In this document: piece by piece, positions 16,203 through 25,817 of the stretch | How positions within the stretch are numbered: the first letter of the stretch is position 1 | Layout of the letters: the number at the start of each line of letters is the position of its first letter | NCBI GenBank assembly: GCA_019058015.1 | Contig: JAHLWH010000230.1 | Location: 1 to 32,489 of the forward strand | DNA from: Promethearchaeota archaeon | Lineage (GTDB): Archaea; Asgardarchaeota; Lokiarchaeia; Sigyniarchaeales; SOKP01 | Direction of reading: 5' to 3' | DNA length: 32,489 nt | Notes under the pieces: model-generated | Database searches by the model: none | What the model was told of the DNA's origin: nothing | What the model saw: only the letters and a program-made list of their open reading frames with translations | Translations under genes and position numbers: made by a program

Positions 16203-17399
16203 ATGAAATTAAGTCTTGATAATGATGATAGTATCATTTTGGGAGATTATCTTAATGTAATTACTAAAACTACATTTGAAGAAACAACTGAGATCTTGTG
16301 GGGAGGTTTAAAATTAATTTCTAAAAACCCATGTAAAAGAGACTTAATTATAACCAAATCTGAAATATTCAATCAAGGTACTTTTGAGGCTGGAGAATAT
16401 ATAAGAAAAAGATCACAACTTATTAATCCCAACGTAGTTCCAACAATTCCAGCAAGAAATATTCACTACTTAGTTAAAATGACTTTAAGAATTAAAAGTC
16501 CTCTTAATTCTCAAAAAGAAATAGAAATTTTTAAAGAAAATCCCATTAAAATTTTTCCAAAAGAGAATATATATCATAATAGAATTCCCACTCCAATTAA
16601 ATTAATTATGTCTGGGATAGATCTTGAAATTTCTAAAGATATTTTTAAACCAGGCGAGGCTATTAAGATTGATTATAAAACAAGCAATTTAGCATTATTT
16701 CAAATAAGATTAAAACAAAAGGCTAATTTAATATGTATTTGTGAACCTTTTGGTGAACAATGTGGAAGTACTGAGGAATTACCACCAGTGATTGCTGGTG
16801 GAGCAAAAACATCCAAAACAGATCACGGTTTTCTATTGATAAAAATTCCAAATCACGCTGAACCAAGTCATGAATATCTTTGGGAACCTCAAGAAAAAGA
16901 ACAGTGGGGAGTTAAATTTGGGGATTATTCTAAATGGTTTCTGGAGATAATAGGAAATAGGAAAAGAGAAGTCGGGGGAGATATAATCTCTTTTGAAATC
17001 CCAATTACTATTAAACCTCAAAAACAACAAAATATAATCGAAACTGGTTTATTTAGAGAAAGAGAAGAGGGTTTAGAATTATTTGAAGCCCCTCCTGCAA
17101 TAAAAAAAGGTATGAATATAATTTCTATTGATACTGATAAAGATACTTCTATAAGTACATTTATTTATAAATTGCGAATAAAAAATAATCTCAAAGATAT
17201 TCTTAATGGTGTTACAATAGAAAACTCAGGTATTCAACGAGGTCTATTCGAGACCTATAAGCATATGACAGGTTTTAATTCATGGCTACCAGGAGAAGAA
17301 AAAATAATTGAATATAAAACAAGGCAAGAAATCGATACTTTAATTTCTACTATCAAAACAAATTCTCAAAAACAAACTAGAATTCAAACAATTCTATGA
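16203..17399 (+). CDS. Arrestin/Vps26/SpoOM-fold protein with a shared C-terminal beta-sandwich-like domain
   Basis: Arrestin-N-like FEAGEY..INPNVVPTI...IHYLVKMTL; arrestin-C-like SKDIFKPGEAIKIDY..IKIPNHAEPS..FEIPITI; third domain from ~17110. Confidence 0.62.
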   Translation: MKLSLDNDDSIILGDYLNVITKTTFEETTEILWGGLKLISKNPCKRDLIITKSEIFNQGTFEAGEYIRKRSQLINPNVVPTIPARNIHYLVKMTLRIKSPLNSQKEIEIFKENPIKIFPKENIYHNRIPTPIKLIMSGIDLEISKDIFKPGEAIKIDYKTSNLALFQIRLKQKANLICICEPFGEQCGSTEELPPVIAGGAKTSKTDHGFLLIKIPNHAEPSHEYLWEPQEKEQWGVKFGDYSKWFLEIIGNRKREVGGDIISFEIPITIKPQKQQNIIETGLFREREEGLELFEAPPAIKKGMNIISIDTDKDTSISTFIYKLRIKNNLKDILNGVTIENSGIQRGLFETYKHMTGFNSWLPGEEKIIEYKTRQEIDTLISTIKTNSQKQTRIQTIL

Positions 17400-17452
17400 G
17401 ATAATTTAATTCGTAAGACTATTAAAATGAATAAAATTGTATTCAAATTATT

Positions 17453-17551
17453 TCAAATAATATTATCAAACAGATTTTGACAAACTACTTGTGGCGTTAG
17501 TCCGAACGCCTCTATCCCATCCACTACAAGAGTATATGGGAATTCTTTTCC
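17453..17551 (-). mobile_element. Remnant 3' end of a tnpB gene (IS200/IS605/IS607 family)
   Basis: Reads GKEFPYTLVVDGIEAFGLTPQVVCQNLFDNII*, similar to the TnpB tail KKVVPNAVSADGIEGVGLHP at 32257..32340, and carries a 6-bp hairpin in the same register. Confidence 0.6.
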
Positions 17552-17973
17552 ACAATTGAGGGATACCCTCGGAGCTGATCCGATGCAAAATTAATTCTTT
17601 CTTGTAATAAACAAGCAAAATAAGCATTTAAATTTAAAAAGACAACAGATTTTCTATAAAGTGAAAAACTCTAAAGAATTCAATGATATTATCAAATGAT
17701 ATTAATCTTTATGGAATTTATTATTTTTGGTAACTATATAATTTTCAAAATATTTTTTGAATATCTTAATTTTTTAAAAGAAATATTTTATTTTAAATGC
17801 AAATTTTGTTTATATTCTTATGAAATCTTTATGTTATTTGATTTAGAATCATCTAAGATTTAATTCTAAGTAAGAATCAAGTGAAATATTTATGTTAAAA
17901 AGGCATAATATATTATATATAAAAGAAAAAAATAATTCAAATTCCTTAAGAAAAAATAGATTGATACATTAAG

Positions 17974-19179
17974 ATGAGAAGTATATTTCCGAACTTAACA
18001 GAACAAGAAATGGCGTGGAAAAATGAGGTTGATGAAACGTTAAAAAATGAGCTCGCTCCTTTTATTGACAACATTGAAAATGGAATAAAGGAAATGTGGG
18101 ATATTATAAAATCTCTTGGTAAAAAAGGATATTGTGGTGTTACATTTCCCAAACGCTTTGGAGGGTTAGGACTTCCCACGAAATATGAATTAATATTATC
18201 TGAAGCTATTTCTGGTTATAGTTTATCTGTTGATATGGCAAGATTATCAGGATCTTATCCAGCTTTTTTAATTCGAATGTTTGGTAAAACAAAACAACTA
18301 AGAAATTATGTTGAAGATTTAGTAAAAGGAGAAAAAATTGGAGCTTTTTGTTTTACTGAGCCTGATGCAGGGAGTGATTTATCACGAATGAAAACAATTG
18401 CTGAGAAAGATGAAAATGCCGATGAATATATCTTAACAGGTGAAAAGCGGTTTATTGTAAATGGTAGTATTGCAGATTATCTTGTTGTATATGCTCGTAA
18501 TGGAGCTTTTATAATAGAATCTGCGTGGGATGGTTTTGAAGTTATTGAAGAATATCAAATGATGGGACTTCACGGACTACATCTTGGGCATTTAAAACTT
18601 AATCAAATAAGAATCCCATTTGAAAATGCGTTATTTTTCAAAGAATTAAAAAAAGATTCACCCAAACGCTCATCCGGCAAGACATCAGCCATTGCAAGTT
18701 TGCAAAATATGCTTGTTCCTGAACGAGTTGCATTGTCAGTTCAAGCTCTAGGAGTCGCAAAGACGGCATTATATATTGCTATAAAATACTCTCAAGAAAG
18801 GGTTCAATTCAAAAGACCTATCTCTGCATTTGAGGGAATTAGCTTTAAAATTGCAAAAATGGCTACTAAATTTGAAGCAGCAAAATCTTTATTAAATCGG
18901 ATGGTTAATACGATGGAAAGTGGAACATTAGCAGCCATGACAAAATTATTTTGTTGCCAAGTAGCATTTGAAATTTGCGATGATGCACTTCAAATTTTAG
19001 GCGGAATCGGATATACTAATAAATATTCTATTGAAAGATGTCTAAGAGATGTTCGCTTATTACGGATTGGGGGAGGAACTGATGAGATAATGATGTATGT
19101 AATTCAAAAGGGCATATATAAAGGGGAACTAGAAAAAGAAACAATTTCTGAAAAGGAAAAAATAAAATCTTTTTGGTGA
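17974..19179 (+). CDS. Acyl-CoA dehydrogenase
   Basis: FPKRFGGLG, GAFCFTEPDAGSDL, LTGEKRFIVNG, ERVQFKRPI, ALQILGGIGY, RDVRLLRIGGGTDEIM. Confidence 0.93.
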   Translation: MRSIFPNLTEQEMAWKNEVDETLKNELAPFIDNIENGIKEMWDIIKSLGKKGYCGVTFPKRFGGLGLPTKYELILSEAISGYSLSVDMARLSGSYPAFLIRMFGKTKQLRNYVEDLVKGEKIGAFCFTEPDAGSDLSRMKTIAEKDENADEYILTGEKRFIVNGSIADYLVVYARNGAFIIESAWDGFEVIEEYQMMGLHGLHLGHLKLNQIRIPFENALFFKELKKDSPKRSSGKTSAIASLQNMLVPERVALSVQALGVAKTALYIAIKYSQERVQFKRPISAFEGISFKIAKMATKFEAAKSLLNRMVNTMESGTLAAMTKLFCCQVAFEICDDALQILGGIGYTNKYSIERCLRDVRLLRIGGGTDEIMMYVIQKGIYKGELEKETISEKEKIKSFW

Positions 19180-19207
19180 GTTTAAAATATCAAAACAAAG
19201 TAAAATT

Positions 19208-20023
19208 TTGTCAAAAAAAGAGATGCAAGATTTTTTTTTTGATGATCCAGTTTCTGGTAAATTAAAAAAGAATCTTGGAGATACATCTGTAGAATATTTC
19301 TATTTTGATGAAAATTTTATCATTGAGACTAAAAATAAACAAGTTGCAAATGCCGCGTTATTAAAAGGTAAATCTCAATTAACTTTAAAAGATAGAAAAT
19401 ATGAATTAAAACAGTTTGATATGTTCTTCCTACCTCCGAATACTTCTGTTCAAATATTTCCCAAAGAAAAAGATTTAATAAATAATAAAATTTGTATCGT
19501 AAAAACGGCTATTATTAGTACAGATATAAATCCAGCTTGTAAATTTGATTTACAAAGATTTGAATTTAATAACTTTTTACCTCGAGGTGAATTGAGCGAC
19601 AATAAAAAAATGGGAACATTTAGAACCGTTTGGACTGCATTTAAAAATGGTTATTTTATGTCAGGATTAACCGATATTCCATCCATATCTTTAAGGCAAG
19701 GGGTTGTAACTAGCGTTAATATTGAAAAATCTACAAATGGAGATTTAGAAATTTATCCTCATATACACTATGGTTTTCCAGAAGTTTATATTTTTTGCAT
19801 ACCTGATAAAACTACTGCTGTAACACAGTATTTAATAAATAATAGTGGTGAATCCATTGTTAGGGAGCGATATAATGGTGAGGGATTATTATTTCCGGGA
19901 CATCTTGGGCATATGAATTTTGCTAAACCCAATTATAAAAATCTTAAATATTGTATTTATATGTGGATAATTGGAACCTATGGAAAAGTGGCAAATATTG
20001 AACCTATTACACTAAAAATTTAA
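19208..20023 (+). CDS. Cupin-fold protein (KduI/IolB-like), function unknown
   Basis: LKQFDMFFLPPN, and a metal-binding-like PHIH..PEVYIF..H arrangement typical of double-stranded beta-helix proteins. Confidence 0.5.
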   Translation: MSKKEMQDFFFDDPVSGKLKKNLGDTSVEYFYFDENFIIETKNKQVANAALLKGKSQLTLKDRKYELKQFDMFFLPPNTSVQIFPKEKDLINNKICIVKTAIISTDINPACKFDLQRFEFNNFLPRGELSDNKKMGTFRTVWTAFKNGYFMSGLTDIPSISLRQGVVTSVNIEKSTNGDLEIYPHIHYGFPEVYIFCIPDKTTAVTQYLINNSGESIVRERYNGEGLLFPGHLGHMNFAKPNYKNLKYCIYMWIIGTYGKVANIEPITLKI

Positions 20024-20031
20024 ATTCATTT

Positions 20032-20439
20032 TTACTTTACGAAAAACATTATATTATTATTAGATTTCCAAGATACTATACCCTTCAAAATTAAAAGCTC
20101 TATTTCTCTTTTAATTGTATCAATATCTAAATTGATATTTTTATCTTTTAAATATTCAAAAATTTCTTTATAGGATGCTTTTTCCTTTATTTTTGAGAGC
20201 GATAATAAATTCTGATTCATATTTTTACCTCGAACAATGGATTGTGTATTAGAATAAAGCATGAAAAAATTATGAGCAAGGGCATCATCAAAAACATCAT
20301 CATCATAATTTTTCATTTTTTCAAGTAAATTTAATGCTTGTTCAAACTTCTCTTCCTGGATTAATTTTTCAGCTATGGATAATTCCTCTTTAAAATTGTT
20401 TGTATTTACTTTTTCATTTTTTGAATTCATATCATTCAC
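20032..20439 (-). CDS. Hypothetical protein: helical hairpin plus C-terminal winged helix (PCI-like)
   Basis: AEKLIQEEKFEQALNLLEK is TPR-like; SYKEIFEYL..IDTIKREIELLILKGIVSW is wHTH/PCI-like. Confidence 0.45.
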   Translation of the reverse strand: MNDMNSKNEKVNTNNFKEELSIAEKLIQEEKFEQALNLLEKMKNYDDDVFDDALAHNFFMLYSNTQSIVRGKNMNQNLLSLSKIKEKASYKEIFEYLKDKNINLDIDTIKREIELLILKGIVSWKSNNNIMFFVK

Positions 20440-20629
20440 TTTTTATAATCTTGATAATGGTGTTATCATTATAATCCATATTAAGAAAAATTTCAGAGAA
20501 CTTTTCTGTACATTTATTTAATTCGAAAATATTAAAGGAAACATATATATATATTTAAAAATCTTTTTTAAAATCATAAAGATTTAGCATCTTTTAATTA
20601 TAGTTTTTAATTATTTTGATATTAAAATA

Positions 20630-22702
20630 TTGATTGATTATAAACCACAAATATTTTTGGAAAACATTGATGTTTTGATTAGCATTGTTAATCCAAATAA
20701 TAAATTTGAATTTGAATTTGTTAACGAACATATTTATTTAGATTTATTGGGATATTTAAGCAAAGAATTAATTGGAAAATCATTTTTGGATTTATTACAT
20801 CGTGATGATTTGCTTATTGTAAAAAAAATATTAAAAAGAAAAACTGAATCTAAAGAATATTTAAACGAAATAAGACTTAAACATAAAAATAATAAATATA
20901 TTTGGTTTGAAATTAAAAAAAAAAGATTTAAAGATGATAGCAATAAAAAAAAAATATTAATTATTTTAAAAAATATTTCAAGCCGTAAGAAACTAGAGGA
21001 AAAGTTAAGAGAAAATGAGGATAGATTTAAAAAATTAACTATAACTCTGCCAGAAATTCGTTTTTGGAAACTATTTAACCCAAAAAAATATGAAGTGGCA
21101 TTACAAAAATCATATGAGATGCTTCATACTGTCATGGAAAGCATTCCTCAATATATATTTTGGAAAGATATTAATTCTACATATTTAGGATGTAATCACA
21201 GCTATACTAAACTTATAGGCATAGAATATCCTGAGGAAATAATAGGTAAAACAGATAATGATTTTTTAACTAATAAAGAAAAGATAAAGCATCTCAAAGA
21301 ACATGAAACCAAGGTTATGATAACAAAAAAACCTGAATTTCATATAGTTGAATCATGGGTATTAAAAAAGGGCACCATAGTATGGTTGGATATAAATAGA
21401 ATACCTCTCTTCGATTCGGAAGAAAATGTAGCAGGAATTCTTGTCACTCTTGAAGATATTACTGAAAAAAAAATCTATGAGGAACTAATATTTGAATTAA
21501 ATAATAATTTTTTAAATTTTACAACTGATGTCAAAAAGAATTTAAAATTATTATTAGATTCTTGTTTTAAATTAATAAACGGAGATATTATTTTATATAT
21601 TCATAAGAGTTCAATTAATGAAAAAGAACAGTATCAAATAATCACATCCGATAATCAGGTATTTAATTACAATTCTGAATATTTTTTGGAGAATATTTTT
21701 GTTAATCAATTATTTTTAGCAGAACATGATTTACCTCAAACCATTTTTGATTTAAATGAAACTAAATATGCTAAGACCGATCAATTTATCATTGATAATA
21801 AGATAAAAGCATGTTATGGAAAATTGATTCAATCTCAAAATGAATTTAACAATGCTTTATGTGTCTTTTATAAACATAACCCAATTATAACTAACCGAGA
21901 CAGTATGGTTTTATATTTAATTGGAGATGCGATTGAAATTGAACAAAAACGCTGGCAAATGCAACAAGATTTAGAAGCACAAAATATAATGTTAAATGAA
22001 ATTAATAAAGTAAAAACAGAGTTGTTATCTAGAACTTCACATGAATTAAAGACCCCTCTTGTTTCAATAAAAGGATTTACTGAACTTTTGTTAGCACGTT
22101 ATAAATCTGAATTAGATGACAATGTTATTTCGATTTTAAAAGAAATTATGAAAGGGAGTCAACGTCTTGAAAATATTATTAATATGCTTTTACAAAGTTC
22201 AAAATTGGATAAAGATAAAATAGAATTAAAAATTTCTAAGGGAGATTTGACATCCTTGATTAATGAGTGTATAAAAGAGTTGCAAGGATTAGCAGAATTA
22301 AGGAAACAATCAATATCATTTAAAATTCAGGATTCTTTAAATACTGATTTCGATAAAGAAATGATTCATGATGTAATATCAAATTTATTATCAAATGCTA
22401 TTAAATATACTCCTCCAGAGGGAAATATTATTATTCAATCTAAAATAAAAGATGACTTCTACATAATTTCCGTAAAAGATAATGGAATTGGATTCACTGA
22501 AAAAGAAAAAAACCAATTATTTAAACATTTTGGCAAAATTGAAAGATATGGTAAAGGATGGGATGTAAATATAGAGGGTACTGGGCTTGGATTATATATT
22601 TCAAAAAAAATTGTAGAATTGCACGGTGGAAAGATTTGGGTTGAATCGGAGGGAAGAAATAAAGGGAGTACTTTTTATTTCTCCATTCCAAGAATAAATT
22701 AA
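20630..22702 (+). CDS. PAS-PAS sensor histidine kinase (cytoplasmic)
   Basis: Two PAS/PAC domains (LLGYLSKELIGKSFLDLLH; IFWKDINSTYLGCN); H-box SHELKTPL; N-box NLLSNAIKYT; G1 DNGIG; G2 GTGLGL. Confidence 0.93.
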   Translation: MIDYKPQIFLENIDVLISIVNPNNKFEFEFVNEHIYLDLLGYLSKELIGKSFLDLLHRDDLLIVKKILKRKTESKEYLNEIRLKHKNNKYIWFEIKKKRFKDDSNKKKILIILKNISSRKKLEEKLRENEDRFKKLTITLPEIRFWKLFNPKKYEVALQKSYEMLHTVMESIPQYIFWKDINSTYLGCNHSYTKLIGIEYPEEIIGKTDNDFLTNKEKIKHLKEHETKVMITKKPEFHIVESWVLKKGTIVWLDINRIPLFDSEENVAGILVTLEDITEKKIYEELIFELNNNFLNFTTDVKKNLKLLLDSCFKLINGDIILYIHKSSINEKEQYQIITSDNQVFNYNSEYFLENIFVNQLFLAEHDLPQTIFDLNETKYAKTDQFIIDNKIKACYGKLIQSQNEFNNALCVFYKHNPIITNRDSMVLYLIGDAIEIEQKRWQMQQDLEAQNIMLNEINKVKTELLSRTSHELKTPLVSIKGFTELLLARYKSELDDNVISILKEIMKGSQRLENIINMLLQSSKLDKDKIELKISKGDLTSLINECIKELQGLAELRKQSISFKIQDSLNTDFDKEMIHDVISNLLSNAIKYTPPEGNIIIQSKIKDDFYIISVKDNGIGFTEKEKNQLFKHFGKIERYGKGWDVNIEGTGLGLYISKKIVELHGGKIWVESEGRNKGSTFYFSIPRIN

Positions 22703-22913
22703 TAAATAAAAAATCCTCGTAAATGGAAAAAAAAAATCCTACTAAAAATTCTCTTTTTAATTATATTATTTTGAAAAATATTAGTTAAAATAGGTTTTTA
22801 AATGCAAACTCTATTATCTATGAGAGAGTATAAATTTTTTCAAAGGGGTTTTTGAGGAGATTTATAAATATATTTAGGGTTAGAGTTTTTAAAAGAAAGC
22901 ATTTTCACGCAAA

Positions 22914-23297
22914 ATGAAAGATATTTCTAAAAAAAAATCAGAAATGACTCGCAATAAAATTAAAACACTTTTAAACCTAATTGAAAAATGTAATAATATA
23001 TTTTTAGAGGATATCAAGAATAATGAAAATGAATTTAAAATAATATTAAGAGAAAAAAAACCATATTCAAAAAGAAAATATTCTCGTCGAATAATAATTT
23101 CTAATTCATATAAAATAAAAACATACTCTATTTCTACTTATGAAATTCATAAAAATAAAAATGATGATGAAAAATATTTAGAGATATATAATGCAAAAGT
23201 AGAAGGTAATTATGATATAAAGACAATAGCGAAGGATTTAAAAGAAATTATTCATGGGAAAGATGAAATTAAAATTCGCCCAAATTTTCCATTTTAA
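22914..23297 (+). CDS. Hypothetical protein
   Basis: 127-aa ATG-initiated ORF filling an otherwise empty gap; no recognisable motif. Confidence 0.55.
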   Translation: MKDISKKKSEMTRNKIKTLLNLIEKCNNIFLEDIKNNENEFKIILREKKPYSKRKYSRRIIISNSYKIKTYSISTYEIHKNKNDDEKYLEIYNAKVEGNYDIKTIAKDLKEIIHGKDEIKIRPNFPF

Positions 23298-23617
23298 ATA
23301 ATCGATCTTAAAAACAGTTATTTTAATTATACTAAAATATGATTAAAGATGTGTTAAACTTCATTACCTCTTTTTCAAATTATTTAATCCAATCTATTGA
23401 TATTTATTTTAATTAAAAAATATTTTTTTTTAAAAATCCTTTTTTTCCCAATACTTTCGTGAAAATCTGTTGCTAAAAATAAGTATTTAAGCACTAATTT
23501 TTTTATTTTATATTAGTTCAGCAATTTTTTTATTATTGTCGTTATCACCATCTGAGGGGATGTAGGATTCTAGATTTTAATTATTACAAAATCTCAAAAA
23601 GTGAGTTTCGAAAGGAA

Positions 23618-23812
23618 TTGTTTTGGTTTGAAGAGGAATTCGATTTATTGTTCAATAATAAATCTAATCTTTCTGAACAAGATAAAACGATTGCGAATCA
23701 AATTTTAGATATTTTAAGTGAAACGATAAATAAACATCCTAATGAAAAATTACTTACTGATTTAGTTTTTACATTAAATAATATCGAAAAAAAGCACTCT
23801 CAATTATTTTAG
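23618..23812 (+). CDS. Small hypothetical helical protein
   Basis: 64-aa ORF, TTG start preceded by AAAGGAA, amphipathic helical pattern. Confidence 0.55.
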   Translation: MFWFEEEFDLLFNNKSNLSEQDKTIANQILDILSETINKHPNEKLLTDLVFTLNNIEKKHSQLF

Positions 23813-24060
23813 GCGAATTATATTATTCATTGAAAAACACTTTTACTACTTAGAAAGACATTTAAAATTCTTTCTGAATTGAATAAAGAAACTTTTTATG
23901 AAAATTCTCAAAATCTAAAAGAATAATTTATTTTCTATTGTTATTAATTACAAAATCCTTATATAAAAAATGGACTTAATCAAGATTAGTTACCCGATAA
24001 TAAATAGATATAAATATATGATTGAGATAAAATTAAATTAAAAAATAGAATTTCATAGAA

Positions 24061-24465
24061 TTGGACAGTATTATGCAACAAAATAAATCATTATTAGAAA
24101 AACAAATCAGTAAGGCAACTGAATACTTAGACGAAAAAAAAAATGTTAAAGCAGAAAAATACCTAAACAAAATAATAAAAAAAGATCCCTCAAATGATGA
24201 GGCTTGGCTTCTGCTTGGTATTGCAAAACGCCGTTTAGGTAAAGGAGAAGAATCTATAGAATGTTTTACTGCAGCAACTGAACTTAACGTATCAAAAGAA
24301 GAAGCTTGGGGATTGCTTACGATTACTTTGATTGATCAAGGGAATATCGATACGGCAAAAAAAACTATTGAAAAGGCAGGACGATTAAATCCCAATAATT
24401 CTAGGATACAATTTTTGCGCCACACATTAATAGAAACCTATATCAAACATGGCCCATTTTTTTAA
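24061..24465 (+). CDS. TPR-repeat protein
   Basis: DPSNDEAWLLLGIAKRRLGKGEESIECF and EAWGLLTITLIDQGNIDTAKKTIEKAGRLNPNN. Start may be the ATG at 24073. Confidence 0.85.
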   Translation: MDSIMQQNKSLLEKQISKATEYLDEKKNVKAEKYLNKIIKKDPSNDEAWLLLGIAKRRLGKGEESIECFTAATELNVSKEEAWGLLTITLIDQGNIDTAKKTIEKAGRLNPNNSRIQFLRHTLIETYIKHGPFF

Positions 24466-24513
24466 GCTTTTTTAGATTTATAAATTTTTATTAAAAAAAA
24501 AAAGTGAATTGAT

Positions 24514-25728
24514 ATGCTCTCAAGTAAATTAGCTGTAAAGAAAATTAAAACAATTGATGAATTTTTAGAATTATATAAAGAAAATATAAGCCCTGATTTC
24601 CAAAACATATTAAAGCTTAATTTTCAAATAAAAATTGGAAAACCTTCTCAAAAGATAAATCCAATCATTCATTTAGCAAAACCAGAAGACTCAAAGGAAA
24701 TCATTCAAATTTTTAGAGATATCTATAAAGGAACTTACCCTTACAAGCAAATGGAAGAGGATCAAGGAGTAAAAAAAATGATTATTGATCCAAATTATCA
24801 ATGGTTCTTATTCAAAATCAATTCAATAGAGACTGTTGGATGCTTTGGTGCTCATTTAGAATTAGAGAAAAAAAGAGGCTTTCTTTATGGATTTATAATA
24901 AAAGAAAAGTATCAAAAAACTATAGATATTTTTAAAGCATTCATTGGTTGTGTGATTTTTTTATGGAAAACCTATAAGAGTAAAATATTATTATGGTATG
25001 GCGAGATGCGTACAAATGAGAGTTCTTCTCAATTTTTTACTTCATTAATTGGATTAAAACCGATAGGTTTTTTTCCAAATAAAGATATTTTTTTTAATCA
25101 AATTGAATCAGATGTTCTACATGTTATTTATGATGAAAAAGCTTTGTATAAATATCGACGTAAGAAAAATCCAAAAATTATCCGTCAAGTTTTAAATTGT
25201 TATGTATATTCCAATAAGAGATATCATTTAGGTACTCCTATTATCAAAAATCCAAATATTAAATTAAATTCTAAAAAATTAAAGGAAATTAAAGGAAAAA
25301 TGGTTAATCGAAAGGAAAAAGACGAATTTGGCAACGAAGCGATAACATTTTCCATCAAAAATTCTAATTCTTATTTTAAATTTATATATAATCCATTAAG
25401 TAAAAATTTTGAAAAAACATTATATAAAATTAATCTTTTAGAAGAATTATTTACTTTCATACAAAAATTGAAAGAACTGATACAAAATATGGAAATTAAT
25501 TATTTCGAATGTTTTGTTTCTTCCTATGAACCGAAGCATCAAAAAATTTTTCTCGATGCGGGTTTCAACCCAAGAGGCTATATTCCTTGCTGGAAATATA
25601 ATAAAGAAAAAAACCATTTTGAAGATCAAATAGTTTTTAATTATTATAAAGGAAAAATTGATGATAATATAAAATTAATTCCTGAAGCTGTAGAACTCCT
25701 TCAAGCTTTAAGATTTTTGGAAGAATAA
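24514..25728 (+). CDS. Tandem GNAT-fold protein
   Basis: IHLAKPEDSKEIIQIFRDIYKGTYPY, GFIIKEKYQK, GLKPIGFFP, and a second FLDAGFNPRGYIP motif. Confidence 0.7.
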   Translation: MLSSKLAVKKIKTIDEFLELYKENISPDFQNILKLNFQIKIGKPSQKINPIIHLAKPEDSKEIIQIFRDIYKGTYPYKQMEEDQGVKKMIIDPNYQWFLFKINSIETVGCFGAHLELEKKRGFLYGFIIKEKYQKTIDIFKAFIGCVIFLWKTYKSKILLWYGEMRTNESSSQFFTSLIGLKPIGFFPNKDIFFNQIESDVLHVIYDEKALYKYRRKKNPKIIRQVLNCYVYSNKRYHLGTPIIKNPNIKLNSKKLKEIKGKMVNRKEKDEFGNEAITFSIKNSNSYFKFIYNPLSKNFEKTLYKINLLEELFTFIQKLKELIQNMEINYFECFVSSYEPKHQKIFLDAGFNPRGYIPCWKYNKEKNHFEDQIVFNYYKGKIDDNIKLIPEAVELLQALRFLEE

Positions 25729-25817
25729 TTAATTTCAGAAACTGTGGAACTGCTCCATAACTAAAAATAGATTTAAAAAAATATTTATAATGTAAGTTAG
25801 ATATATGAATATATTTT

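Noticed and set aside
15247-16214. Similar leaders (AAACGA..ATAAAAATGAAA) before the Rag-like and arrestin-like genes
   Set aside because: Mostly A-rich, so the similarity is too weak to call a regulatory motif.
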